A stretch of 64,000 bases of DNA from Myxococcota bacterium (GTDB lineage Bacteria > Myxococcota_A > SURF-8): contig OZ223209.1 in assembly GCA_965140415.1 (NCBI GenBank), positions 224,001-288,000 of the forward strand, given 5' to 3'. The notes beneath the pieces were generated by a model. The model did not search any database. It saw only the letters and a list, made by a program, of their open reading frames with translations, and was not told the origin of the DNA. The position numbers and the translations under genes are program-made. Positions 29,403 to 39,484 of the stretch are shown piece by piece (the stretch's first letter is position 1; each line of letters opens with the position of its first letter).

Positions 29403-30920
29403 ATGACAGCAGACGATAACGGCAAACGCGACACCCGCGACATCGTGCGCGGTGCTCTGGTCAATTTTATCGGCGTAGTCGCGCGCAGCTTGAATTTTGC
29501 GTTTTACATTTTCCTGGGCCGCCTTTACGGTGCGGAAGCCACCGGTCTGTACCTGCTTAGCTGGGCCAGTGTGGATGTGGCCAGTAAGCTGGGAATTCTG
29601 GGGCTGGATCGCGCCATTTTAAGTGTTGTGGCCCGGCATCACAGCGAAAAAGACGAAGACGCCGTTTATCGCGCCATCGGACAGGCACTGTGTATCGGTG
29701 CCTTGGCGACCGTGATTATCGTTGCCACAATGGAACTGGTTGCTGCGCCCATTGCCCTGCATTTCTACGACAAGCCGGAACTTGTACTGCCACTACGTGT
29801 CATGGCCTGGGGTATGCCCTTCTGGACGATTTCCGCCATTTTCCTCTTCGCCACCCGCGCACTGCGTGTGATGCGCTACGAAGTCATTACGAAAAGCGTG
29901 ATCGAGCCGCTGGTGATGCTGACACTGGCGGTGCTTTTCTTTTTCCTGGATATGGGTATGTTCGGATTATCCTTGGCGTTTCTTTGCTCGGTAGCGGCAG
30001 GAGCGCTGGTTGCCGTTTATTTCTTCAGCCGGGAACTCTCGTTAAAGCGGGTCGTGCTTGCCGTTCTGGACAAAGAAGGTCGCTCGGGCCTGCTGCGCTT
30101 TGCGGCTCCGATCGGGTTTTACGATATGCTGAATCTGCTGTTGCAGCGCATCGATATGTTCATGGTGGGGCGCTATGTCCCTACCGCCATGGTCGGTGTT
30201 TACGGCATCGCCGAGGAAGCCGCCTTCACCGTGAAAAAGGTGCGGCAGTCGTTCGATCCGATCTTCATTCCGGTCATTTCCGCCGCCCATCAAGTCAAGG
30301 ATCGGGCGGGTATGCTGCTGCAATATCGTAATGTCACCCGCTGGATTCTGTTGCTTGACGGCGCGGCTTTGGGTGTGGTAATTCTGGCGGGCCGTCCGAT
30401 CATGGGCATTTTCGGAGCGGATTTCAGTACCGGCGCAGTGACGCTGGGGCTGCTGTCGCTGTCGGTCGTGATCAACGGTGTTTTCGGCGTATCCGAGCTC
30501 TTTTTATTGATCAGCCGACCGATGGTCAACCTGATGAACACCATTGGGACGATCATCGTCAATGTCGGGTTGAACCTGCTTCTGATTCCACGCTACGGCA
30601 TGGAAGGCGCGGCGCTGGCGATCACGATTTCGTATGCATTCATGAATGCCGCCCGCGTCATCGAAGTGTCGGTGTTGTTCAAACTTCACCCCTTTACCCG
30701 GCAGCATGGTAGAATTCTACTGGCCTGGGTGCTGGCCTTTGCCGCCATGTTCGGCCTGCAATTGGCGCTGAACAAGCCCGGCACCGGACCGGATCTGGCG
30801 TTTGCCGGAATCTACCTGCTCGTCTATGGTCTGCTGCAATGGCTTATCGGACTGATGCCGGAAGAAAAACAGATTGGTTACAAGATCTTGCGAAAACTGG
30901 GTCTACACTCGGGAAGCTAG
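29403..30920 (+). CDS. Wzx/MOP-superfamily flippase
   Basis: Many TM helices; GLYLL, RIDMFMVG, VGVY, NLLLIPRYGMEGAA. Confidence 0.9.
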   Translation: MTADDNGKRDTRDIVRGALVNFIGVVARSLNFAFYIFLGRLYGAEATGLYLLSWASVDVASKLGILGLDRAILSVVARHHSEKDEDAVYRAIGQALCIGALATVIIVATMELVAAPIALHFYDKPELVLPLRVMAWGMPFWTISAIFLFATRALRVMRYEVITKSVIEPLVMLTLAVLFFFLDMGMFGLSLAFLCSVAAGALVAVYFFSRELSLKRVVLAVLDKEGRSGLLRFAAPIGFYDMLNLLLQRIDMFMVGRYVPTAMVGVYGIAEEAAFTVKKVRQSFDPIFIPVISAAHQVKDRAGMLLQYRNVTRWILLLDGAALGVVILAGRPIMGIFGADFSTGAVTLGLLSLSVVINGVFGVSELFLLISRPMVNLMNTIGTIIVNVGLNLLLIPRYGMEGAALAITISYAFMNAARVIEVSVLFKLHPFTRQHGRILLAWVLAFAAMFGLQLALNKPGTGPDLAFAGIYLLVYGLLQWLIGLMPEEKQIGYKILRKLGLHSGS

Positions 30921-30932
30921 AGAGGAAAACAC

Positions 30933-32261
30933 ATGCGAGGCATTATCACCGCGACCAAACAGGGAAATACGCCCGATATGGGCTTGACGGCGTTGATTAA
31001 AATCGGCGGTATCACCTTACTGGAGCGACAGGTACGCATTTTAATGAAAGCCGGGATCAAGGATGTCCTGGTGGTGGCTACGGGGCGCAACGACGCGCTA
31101 CAGGGCGAAATCGACCGCTTCAGCAAGTTGAAGGGGATGCGCGTACGTCTGGTGTGGCCCGGCTGCGAAAGCGGGCTCGATCTGTCCGGCACCTTTGCCG
31201 AAACGGACGACGAACCCTGGATGCTGCTGGATGGTGCATCGATTTTCGACGAGCGCGCACCGAAACTACTGGGTGAAGTCAATGGCGAGCGCGTGGCCTT
31301 GATCGCAAAAGATCAGGTTGAAACCGCTGATGCGGAACAGGGCATGGAGTTCGAAGTCAACGGCAAGCCCTATCTGTTCATGGGGATCGCCCAGCTTCAA
31401 AGCGGCATCACACATAAGATTTTCCCGGACGACGGCGACCAGTGGTTAAAAGATCTGCTGACCGAAGTCGTAGCCAAAGGCGAAGAAGTTACGCTTGCAA
31501 CCGATACGCTGCCGACCTACAACTACGATCTGCGTCGCAACGATCCGTACTATTGGATACCGATTCGCAGCGCAGAGGACAATCCACGCGCCAAGCGCAT
31601 CCTGCTCAACCACGCTCAGAAAAGCGTGTTGGACTGGCCCGCCTGGTACATCCATCGTCCCATCGAAAAGGGCATCATCTACCACCTGTGCGAAACCGCC
31701 ATCACACCGAATCAGTTGACCTTGATCAACAACATCGTGGCCTTTATCGGTGCCTACTATTTCTTCACCGGTTCCTGGTTTCTGGCGCTGATTTTCTCGA
31801 TGGCCGTTGGCATTCTCGATGGCCTGGACGGCAAGCAGGCGCGTACCAAAATGATGACCAGCGAATTCGGTCGCATCGAGGAAGTGCTGGACAAGATTTA
31901 CGAAAACACCTGGTATCTGGGCATGGCCTGGTATCTGGCTCACAGCGGATTCGGTACGCTGCCATACATCCTGTTCGGCATCATCTTTATGGTGAATATG
32001 ACGGATATCGGCATCGGTTTGTACTTCAAGTCCAAAAAGCACTGCCAGTTGGACGATTTCGGCCCCTTCGAACGCAAGTTCCGGGTGTTTTCCGGTCGTC
32101 GCAACACCTATATCTGGACGCTGATTCCCTTTGTGCTGTTCGGGGCGCTCTACGCCGGATACTGGATGATCACGATTTACGCGCTAATCACCCTGGGCGT
32201 GCGTTTCTGGCGCTGCACCTATCATATTCGCAACGATAGCGAGCGCGTCCTGCCGGAATAG
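30933..32261 (+). CDS. nucleotidyltransferase-like domain fused to a CDP-alcohol phosphotransferase (IPCT/DIPPS-like)
   Basis: LIKIGGITLLER; ITPNQLT; DGLDGKQAR. Confidence 0.85.
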   Translation: MRGIITATKQGNTPDMGLTALIKIGGITLLERQVRILMKAGIKDVLVVATGRNDALQGEIDRFSKLKGMRVRLVWPGCESGLDLSGTFAETDDEPWMLLDGASIFDERAPKLLGEVNGERVALIAKDQVETADAEQGMEFEVNGKPYLFMGIAQLQSGITHKIFPDDGDQWLKDLLTEVVAKGEEVTLATDTLPTYNYDLRRNDPYYWIPIRSAEDNPRAKRILLNHAQKSVLDWPAWYIHRPIEKGIIYHLCETAITPNQLTLINNIVAFIGAYYFFTGSWFLALIFSMAVGILDGLDGKQARTKMMTSEFGRIEEVLDKIYENTWYLGMAWYLAHSGFGTLPYILFGIIFMVNMTDIGIGLYFKSKKHCQLDDFGPFERKFRVFSGRRNTYIWTLIPFVLFGALYAGYWMITIYALITLGVRFWRCTYHIRNDSERVLPE

Positions 32262-32399
32262 GCGAACACGAAACTGTATAGGCCGGAGCCTCTTGTCCGG
32301 CCACAACGGCTTCCGGCTGTATCGCCGAAGCCTGCAATACGTCCAAGACCTCTCCTCATCGCCGGTTTCCAAAGAAACCGGCAAGCACAGGAGTCGACT

Positions 32400-35144
32400 A
32401 TGATTCAACGTTTCCTGATTCTGCTGGCCCGTTTCGTTCATCGTTTTCCGCTGCCGATTTTCTTCATCTCCCTGCTGCTCACGATTCTGGGTGTGTATTA
32501 CGCTTCCTCGCTGAAGATCAAGACCAATATCGGCGACCTGCTCCCCGAGCACACCTTCTCGGTCACTCACCTGCGCGAAGTGATGGACGAGATCGGCGCG
32601 GCGGGCTACCTGATGGTGATGGTCGAAGGCTCCGATACGGACCAGATGAAACGCTTCGGACATGCGCTCACCGATGAATTGCTGAAAGTCAAGCAGCAAC
32701 GCAAGCAGGAAGGGAAAGAGATCTTCGTTCAGGCGGTCGATCTGCGTAACGACATTCAGTACTTCAAGGACCGCGCGCTCTATTTCCTGAGTCAAGACGA
32801 ATTGATGGACATCTGGGAGCGCATCGACGACCGTGTCCGCAAGGAAAAGCTCAAGGCCAATCCGCTGTTTGTGAACCTGGACGACGAAGAGGATGAGAAA
32901 GAGGATGACAGCGCCGAGGTATTCAGCCTGCGCAGCCTGCACCAGAAATACCGGACCGGTGACTTTAAAGAATACTTCATTGCCGACGACAACTCGGTGT
33001 TGGGCGTACTGGTGCGCCCCACCCAGCCTTCCTCCGATCTGGGCTTCAATAAGCGCCTGCTCGAACATGTCCGCGCCGTTGGCGACCGCGTGATCAAAAA
33101 CGGCGAATTCGGCGATACGAGCTTCGATCTGGGTGGCAGCTATCGCAATAAAAGCGTGGAAAAACAGAGCATCATCGACGATCTGGTGCGTTCGCTTTCC
33201 ACGACGATGATTCTGCTGGTGCTGGTATTGACGCTCTACTTCCGCCGGTTGCGTTCGGTGGTTGTAATCATGACGCCGCTGGTGATGGGGGTCGTTTGGG
33301 CACTGGCGGTGGCCGAGTTCAAATACGGTCACCTGAACATGATTACGGCCTTTATTTTCGCCGTGTTACTGGGACTGGGCATCGACTTCGGCATCCATTT
33401 CCTCAATCGTTACATGGAGTGCCGCCACAAGGGCATGAACACCCTGGATTCGCTGATCGAAGCGGAAGGCAACACGGGGCGCGCCATCTTTACCGGCGCC
33501 ATGACGACCTCGGCGGCGTTTTTCTCGCTGACACTGGCCGACTTCCGTGGCTTCTCGCAGTTCGGTTTTATTGCCGGAATGGGCTTGGTATTCTGCGTTA
33601 TCGCCTCTTTCCTGGTACACCCGGCGATGCTGCTGTTGTCGGAAAAAATGGTTCCCATCGTGAAAAAGGATGGACCGACTAAAGACATCAAACCGGTGTC
33701 GATGCTGCATCCGGGCTTGATCGTGCTGGTGACACTGCTGATTGTAGCCTACGGCGGCTGGGCGGTAGCACAGAGCTTCAAATGCCACTCCGATGCACCA
33801 TGGTACAGCGATACGGCCCGTTGCGGTCCCGATTCCAAAGACTGCTGCGAACCGCCCATCGACTTCGAATACAACTTCGCCAAGCTGCGCACGCGCAACA
33901 ATCCGGTGCTCAACATGAGCAAGAAATATGGAAAAGCCATGCCGCTGTCGTTGCAACCGGTCATGGTTGTTGCCGAAGATCTGGAAGATACCCGGCTGCT
34001 GCACGAGCGCGTGATGGAAATGCGCGATACCACCGAGCGTTCCACCTTGAAGGTCACACGCTCGCTTTACACGTTCCTGTCCGGCGATATGAACGCCAAG
34101 CAGAGCATCATTAAACAAATTCGAAAACTATTGAACAACGACAACCTGGAGCTGATCAAAGATCCGCAGACCAAAGCCGACGCGCAGGAACTGCTGCGCA
34201 TGACGTTATCCAAACCGATGACGTTGTTCGGTTTGCCGGAAAAAATCATCCGCACCTTCAGCATCGTGCGTCCGGGTAAAGAGGAGATCATCCCCTTCCT
34301 GAAGGATGTTATGAAAGACTGGCAGGGGCGCACGCTGGACGACCGTTTCGTACAGGAACTGAGCCGCCGCTGGAAAGATCTGAGCGAAGAAAAGCGCGAG
34401 CAAGTCAATGCCTGGGTGGCGGACGTGGAGATTCCGAAAGGCTCTCCGCTGGCGAATATCGACGATGTCACGTTGGCGCGTTTGATCCGCTGGACCCAGC
34501 ATCGGGTCGGCGTGTTGAACATGATCTATACCAACGTGGACACCTGGAACGGCATCGCCTGTATCCGGTTCAACCAGGAAGCTTCGGTCATCAAAGCCGG
34601 GGATCGTACCTATCATCCGGTTGGCGAGGCGTTTGTTTTCGCCGACACGATGTGGGCCATGGAAAAAGACGGCGTCAAGGCCATCAGCGCCAGCATTCTT
34701 GTGGTCTTCTTGTTGCTGCTATTCGACTTCCGCTCGTTGAAACACACCTTGCTGGTCATGGTGCCGCTATTCACCGGCATTCTGGGGATGTGCGCTTTCA
34801 TGGCGCTGACCGGCGTCAAAATTTCCTTCTTCAACATGGTGGTATTGCCAACCATTGTCGGAATCGGAGTGGACAACGGCGTTCACATCTACCACCGCTA
34901 TCTGGAAGAAGGCCCCGGCTCGATCCCGCGCGTTCTGGGCTCCTCCGGCTGGGCGGTGACACTGTCTTCAATCACCACCATGATCGGTTTCGCCGGAATG
35001 AACACCGCCAACCACGCCGGCTTGAACTCCATCGGCGAACTGGCGATCATCGGTATGACCGCTTGTTTGCTGGCTTCCACGCTAAGCTTCCCCGCGCTGC
35101 TCACTCTGCTGGACAAACGGCGCGAACGAAAGGAACGAAACTAG
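32400..35144 (+). CDS. MMPL/RND family transporter (HpnN-like)
   Basis: GLGIDFGIH and GIGVDNGVH motifs; two TM bundles. Confidence 0.9.
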   Translation: MIQRFLILLARFVHRFPLPIFFISLLLTILGVYYASSLKIKTNIGDLLPEHTFSVTHLREVMDEIGAAGYLMVMVEGSDTDQMKRFGHALTDELLKVKQQRKQEGKEIFVQAVDLRNDIQYFKDRALYFLSQDELMDIWERIDDRVRKEKLKANPLFVNLDDEEDEKEDDSAEVFSLRSLHQKYRTGDFKEYFIADDNSVLGVLVRPTQPSSDLGFNKRLLEHVRAVGDRVIKNGEFGDTSFDLGGSYRNKSVEKQSIIDDLVRSLSTTMILLVLVLTLYFRRLRSVVVIMTPLVMGVVWALAVAEFKYGHLNMITAFIFAVLLGLGIDFGIHFLNRYMECRHKGMNTLDSLIEAEGNTGRAIFTGAMTTSAAFFSLTLADFRGFSQFGFIAGMGLVFCVIASFLVHPAMLLLSEKMVPIVKKDGPTKDIKPVSMLHPGLIVLVTLLIVAYGGWAVAQSFKCHSDAPWYSDTARCGPDSKDCCEPPIDFEYNFAKLRTRNNPVLNMSKKYGKAMPLSLQPVMVVAEDLEDTRLLHERVMEMRDTTERSTLKVTRSLYTFLSGDMNAKQSIIKQIRKLLNNDNLELIKDPQTKADAQELLRMTLSKPMTLFGLPEKIIRTFSIVRPGKEEIIPFLKDVMKDWQGRTLDDRFVQELSRRWKDLSEEKREQVNAWVADVEIPKGSPLANIDDVTLARLIRWTQHRVGVLNMIYTNVDTWNGIACIRFNQEASVIKAGDRTYHPVGEAFVFADTMWAMEKDGVKAISASILVVFLLLLFDFRSLKHTLLVMVPLFTGILGMCAFMALTGVKISFFNMVVLPTIVGIGVDNGVHIYHRYLEEGPGSIPRVLGSSGWAVTLSSITTMIGFAGMNTANHAGLNSIGELAIIGMTACLLASTLSFPALLTLLDKRRERKERN

Positions 35145-36125
35145 ATGACCGGACCCCGATTTTCGGATAAAGCCGCCAATGTGGCCGGCATTTTAAAGCA
35201 ATTTCTGCTGGATCGACCGCGCCTGCCCATCGGTTTGAAAGATCAGCTTTTCTTCAGCCCCTTTCTGGTGCAGATGGTTGTGACACGCCGCTGCAACCTG
35301 CATTGCGGCTACTGCAACGAATTCGATAACACAAGCGAACCGGTGCCCACCGAAACGCTGAAAGCCCAGATCGATAAAATCCACGAAATGGGCGCATTGG
35401 CCGTTGAATTCACCGGCGGCGAACCGTTATTGCATCCGGACATCGTCGAGGTGGTGCGCTATGCTACACAAAAGGGTTTCGCGGCGCGCATGATGATCTC
35501 GAACGCCTACCTGTTTACGGAAAAGAAACTGTTGGAACTGAACGAAGCCGGTTTGACGGATTTGCAGGTCAGTATCGACGGCGTTAAAACGAACGACATC
35601 ACCATCAAGGTGCTCGATCCATTGCGCGACAAACTGGAGATGATCGCCCGGCTGGGACGCTTTCGCGTACAGCTAAACGGTGCGGTGGGTGTGGCTCCGC
35701 CGGAAGAAACGCTGGAGATGATCGATTTCGCCAAGGCGCACGGCTTCCGTCCGCGCGTGCTGTTGGTGCATGACGGCGACGGCCAGGTGCGGCTGAGTCG
35801 CGAGCAACTGGCCACCTACGAAGAAGCCAAGGGGCGCATCGGAAAGCGCTTCAAGGAATCGCACGGCTACCGGGAAAAACTATTAGACGGCGGACCGGCC
35901 TTTTTCAAATGCCGCGCCGGGGCGCGGTATCTGTACGTCGATGAATTCGGCATGGTGCGCTGGTGCAGCCAGCAACGCGCCGCCTTCGAGAAACCGCTAT
36001 TGGACTATACGCTAGAGGATTTGAACGAGCAGTTCTACCGCGCCAAAGGCTGCGAGGATTACTGCTCGGTAGGTTGCGCCCGCACCAGCAGCGCCTACGA
36101 CGAGCATCGGGAATATGGGAAGTAG
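35145..36125 (+). CDS. radical SAM protein with C-terminal Cys cluster (SPASM/twitch-like)
   Basis: CNLHCGYC, TGGEPLL, CRAG...WC...CEDYCSVGC. Confidence 0.9.
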   Translation: MTGPRFSDKAANVAGILKQFLLDRPRLPIGLKDQLFFSPFLVQMVVTRRCNLHCGYCNEFDNTSEPVPTETLKAQIDKIHEMGALAVEFTGGEPLLHPDIVEVVRYATQKGFAARMMISNAYLFTEKKLLELNEAGLTDLQVSIDGVKTNDITIKVLDPLRDKLEMIARLGRFRVQLNGAVGVAPPEETLEMIDFAKAHGFRPRVLLVHDGDGQVRLSREQLATYEEAKGRIGKRFKESHGYREKLLDGGPAFFKCRAGARYLYVDEFGMVRWCSQQRAAFEKPLLDYTLEDLNEQFYRAKGCEDYCSVGCARTSSAYDEHREYGK

Positions 36126-36134
36126 AGTCTGAAC

Positions 36135-36291
36135 CTTCTATTTTTAGCCGCAGATCCTGTGAGTTTGTGCCATAACCTTACGCGACCGAAGATCGTGGAA
36201 GGCTATGTGTTTTCTTATAGTTACACAAGGCCTCCCGGAACTTCCATTCCGTGAGACCATGGCACATCCCGATTACTCGATAGGCAGAAAT
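36135..36291 (-). repeat. ~160-nt structured dispersed repeat, copy 3
   Basis: Reverse complement aligns with 1627-1790. Confidence 0.9.
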
Positions 36292-36305
36292 GGATGATGT
36301 CTGCT

Positions 36306-37535
36306 CTAAATATAAAACCGGAAAAGCAAACTGGCGCTGTAGGGATAGCTGCCGAATTCGGAGCGCAGGCGTGGCAGAATGCGCCAGGGTCGTTGTACGC
36401 CCGGTTTTCTGCCAAGCGGAATACCCAGCGTGGCGATCATGTCGATGTTGTCATCCAGGCTGTAGGTGGCGGCTCCGGTAACGTAAAACGAGGGATCGGT
36501 TACGTTCATCAGCGCCACGGCCTGCAACACCAATAACGGCGTGGCTTCGCCACTGATGGACAGACCCAAAAAATGACGTCCCAGGTAGGGGTCGGCAAAG
36601 TCAGTCATCGTCGCCGCCTGCGTCAGGTAGTCGTCCGGACCTTCCGCTCCCTGGCCGCGATAGTAATATTCCAACGCCAGCTGCACCGTGTTTTCCCAGC
36701 GCTTGTCGAAGCCGACGGCAAAGCGTCCGTACCACTGATCGATATCGTCTTTGGGAAACGTGATATTGCCCTCGCCGCGCACGCCCAAGCCAAGCACTTC
36801 ACCGGTAAACGCGCCGCCGAAGACGTAGCGGCGATCAAGCTGGCCACCTAAAACGGAGAAATCGAAGCTGTCGATGTTCATCTGCCCGCGCAGAATCGCC
36901 GCACAGCGTTCCCAGGCCGGTTGGTCGTTTTCATCGTAGCCCATCGCTACGATGGCGGTAATCTGGGAGAGGTAGCTGGGCATGGCATCGATGCGAATGG
37001 CGTCCACGCCGGGGCGGAATTCGCGATCGGCGGCGGTGCTGGCGAAGGGATGGAAGAAATCGTTGGGGGTGAAAATATAGTTCGTGGCCAGCCCGATCGG
37101 CTGGCGTCCGATGGTGACATCCACCGGGCCGCCGTAGATTTTCAGTGACAGGCTGTCGACAAAAAACGGAAAATTGAAATCGTCGTCGCTGAACCAGTCG
37201 CTATCCAGATAGGTGGTGCGGTAGCTGCTGTCGTTGGCGGAGAAAAGGCTTTGACCGTTTGTATAGCGTGCCCCCTGATACAGGTTCACGTCCAGATTCA
37301 GCCGATCGACGAACAGGGCATTGACCAGCAGGCGCAGGCCGATAAAGGCATCCCCGGTGACCTCATCCGGGTAAAGCTGCTTGGGTCCGGGGTTGATCTG
37401 CACGCCACCGCCGCCATCGATGGCCAGCCGCGCATTCAAGGAAACCGTGTCCGTTTCCACATCCGCAAAGCCATAGGCCAAGGCCGCGTTCAGCCACAAG
37501 ATGACCGCTATCCAACCGGTACATACACGTTTCAT
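36306..37535 (-). CDS. probable outer-membrane beta-barrel protein
   Basis: Signal peptide; IGRQPI, RPGVDAIR, aromatic C-terminal strand. Confidence 0.75.
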   Translation of the reverse strand: MKRVCTGWIAVILWLNAALAYGFADVETDTVSLNARLAIDGGGGVQINPGPKQLYPDEVTGDAFIGLRLLVNALFVDRLNLDVNLYQGARYTNGQSLFSANDSSYRTTYLDSDWFSDDDFNFPFFVDSLSLKIYGGPVDVTIGRQPIGLATNYIFTPNDFFHPFASTAADREFRPGVDAIRIDAMPSYLSQITAIVAMGYDENDQPAWERCAAILRGQMNIDSFDFSVLGGQLDRRYVFGGAFTGEVLGLGVRGEGNITFPKDDIDQWYGRFAVGFDKRWENTVQLALEYYYRGQGAEGPDDYLTQAATMTDFADPYLGRHFLGLSISGEATPLLVLQAVALMNVTDPSFYVTGAATYSLDDNIDMIATLGIPLGRKPGVQRPWRILPRLRSEFGSYPYSASLLFRFYI

Positions 37536-38233
37536 GCGACGGCTTCTCTCGCTTCGTCATTGATGATCTTGCCATCCCGCAGCGTGATGATGCGATGAGC
37601 GCGGGACATGACGCGCGGATCGTGGGTGCTGAAAACGAAGGTCGTGCCGCGTTTTTCGTTAAGCCGCTGCATCAGATCCAGCAACGCTTCGGCGGTTTTA
37701 CTGTCTACATTGGCGGTCGGCTCATCCGCCAGCACCAGCGCAGGTTCGGCCACCACGGCGCGCGCGATGGCGACACGCTGCTGCTGCCCACCGGAAAGCT
37801 GATCGGGACGCCGGTCTAACTTGTCACCCAAGCCGACTTCTTCCAGAATGGCCGTGACTTTCCGCCGCCGTTCTTCTTCCGGTACGCCGCGCAGCAGCAA
37901 TACGAATTCCGCGTTTTCATAGGCGGTCAATACCGGGATCAGGTTATAAGCCTGAAAGATGAAACCGATCTTGTCCAGCCGCACCTTGGCCAGATTTCCA
38001 GCCGACACGGTGCCGTAATCCAATCCATCCACGATAATTCTACCGGAAGTGGGAGAATCGAGCGCGCCGATGAGATTCAAAGCCGTTGTCTTGCCCGAAC
38101 CAGACGGACCGCTTAATGCGGCGAATTCACCGGGCTGTATTTCAAGGCTGATGCCGTCTAAGGCCTGCACCTTCATCCCACCCTGGTAATAAGTACGAAC
38201 GACCTGGTCGAGTTGTACGATTGCTTGTGACAT
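37532..38233 (-). CDS. ABC ATPase (LolD/MacB-like)
   Basis: GPSGSGKT, LSGGQQQR, LADEPT. Confidence 0.95.
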   Translation of the reverse strand: MSQAIVQLDQVVRTYYQGGMKVQALDGISLEIQPGEFAALSGPSGSGKTTALNLIGALDSPTSGRIIVDGLDYGTVSAGNLAKVRLDKIGFIFQAYNLIPVLTAYENAEFVLLLRGVPEEERRRKVTAILEEVGLGDKLDRRPDQLSGGQQQRVAIARAVVAEPALVLADEPTANVDSKTAEALLDLMQRLNEKRGTTFVFSTHDPRVMSRAHRIITLRDGKIINDEAREAVA

Positions 38234-38242
38234 GAAAACCTC

Positions 38243-39475
38243 CTACAGTCCTTTGATGACTTCCACCGGCTTGGTGCGGGTGGCCAGAAATGCCGGGTAA
38301 ATTCCCGAGAGCAGAATAAGCAGGAACACTCCGCCGACGATGGTTGCAACGTGGTCGACGTACAGAATCGATTTGTACACCGGGTCCAGCGCCACACCGC
38401 CGAAACTCTGTTCCTCTTTCATCCACTGGCTGGTGTCCAGTCCGGTGGTGCTGAGATACCAGTACATCAAAAACGATACCCCTAGCCCCACCACGATTCC
38501 GACGATGGCCAGCCACACCGTTTCGGTCATGATCAAACGCCACAGGCGGCCATGAGTCATACCTACCGCCAACATGATGCCGAATTCGCGGAAGCGCTCC
38601 AGTACGCTCATCATGATCGTGTTCAATATTCCTGCCGTTACCAGCAGGAAAATGAAGATCTGGAAAATATAGTTACTGCCGCGATCCATGGCGATGGCCC
38701 CGGCCACTTCCGGCATCGTCTGATGCCAGCTTACCGCTACGGCGCTGTGATCCGCCGCCAGCGGTGTGACTTCCTTTGCAATCTGAGCCGCTTCGCGCTG
38801 ATCGGTAATGTACAGGGCAATCTGGGTGGCGTCATTCGCATCGTATCCCAATAAACCGCGCATGAAATCGATCGGCAACAGAATCATGTAATTGTCGATT
38901 TCCAGAGTGCCGGTTTCGAAGATGCCCACGACACGCACCAGGCCGTTTACGACTTCGCCGCTTTTATCCGCCAGTGTCAACACCAGCTTGGATTTCAGCT
39001 TGACGCCCAGGCGCTTGGCCATACCCGAGCCGATCATCACCTTGCGCCCCGTGCGACCGGGCAGGCTTTCGCCTTCGATGATGTGCTCGAAGGGAAACAG
39101 GATCTTGCTTTCGATAGTCGGATCGACGGCGGCAAAGGCGGCACCGGTCGTTTCGGCGGCGCTGGCAACCATCACCTGCCCTGCGATGCGCACTGCAACG
39201 TGATCGATGTCTTCTCGCATCGTCAGATGCTCGGCCAGCCGGTAGCTGTCCGACACCACCAGATCCGTTCCCGGCTTGTCGCGATAACCGATCGGCTCCA
39301 CTGTTACATGGCCGTAGCCGCTGCGCGCGGCGCTGTCGATCATCTTGGCGTAACTGCCGTCAGCCAGGGTGGTGAAGGTAAAGGAAAGGAAAAAGGCGAA
39401 CACCACCGAGATCAATGTAATCAGGGTCCGGCGCTTGGCGCGCCACAAGTTTCTCCAGGCCAGTTTGAATATCAT
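38243..39475 (-). CDS. ABC permease (LolE/FtsX-like)
   Basis: LAWRNLWR, ERFREFG, four-TM layout. Confidence 0.92.
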   Translation of the reverse strand: MIFKLAWRNLWRAKRRTLITLISVVFAFFLSFTFTTLADGSYAKMIDSAARSGYGHVTVEPIGYRDKPGTDLVVSDSYRLAEHLTMREDIDHVAVRIAGQVMVASAAETTGAAFAAVDPTIESKILFPFEHIIEGESLPGRTGRKVMIGSGMAKRLGVKLKSKLVLTLADKSGEVVNGLVRVVGIFETGTLEIDNYMILLPIDFMRGLLGYDANDATQIALYITDQREAAQIAKEVTPLAADHSAVAVSWHQTMPEVAGAIAMDRGSNYIFQIFIFLLVTAGILNTIMMSVLERFREFGIMLAVGMTHGRLWRLIMTETVWLAIVGIVVGLGVSFLMYWYLSTTGLDTSQWMKEEQSFGGVALDPVYKSILYVDHVATIVGGVFLLILLSGIYPAFLATRTKPVEVIKGL

Positions 39476-39484
39476 GATTCCCCC

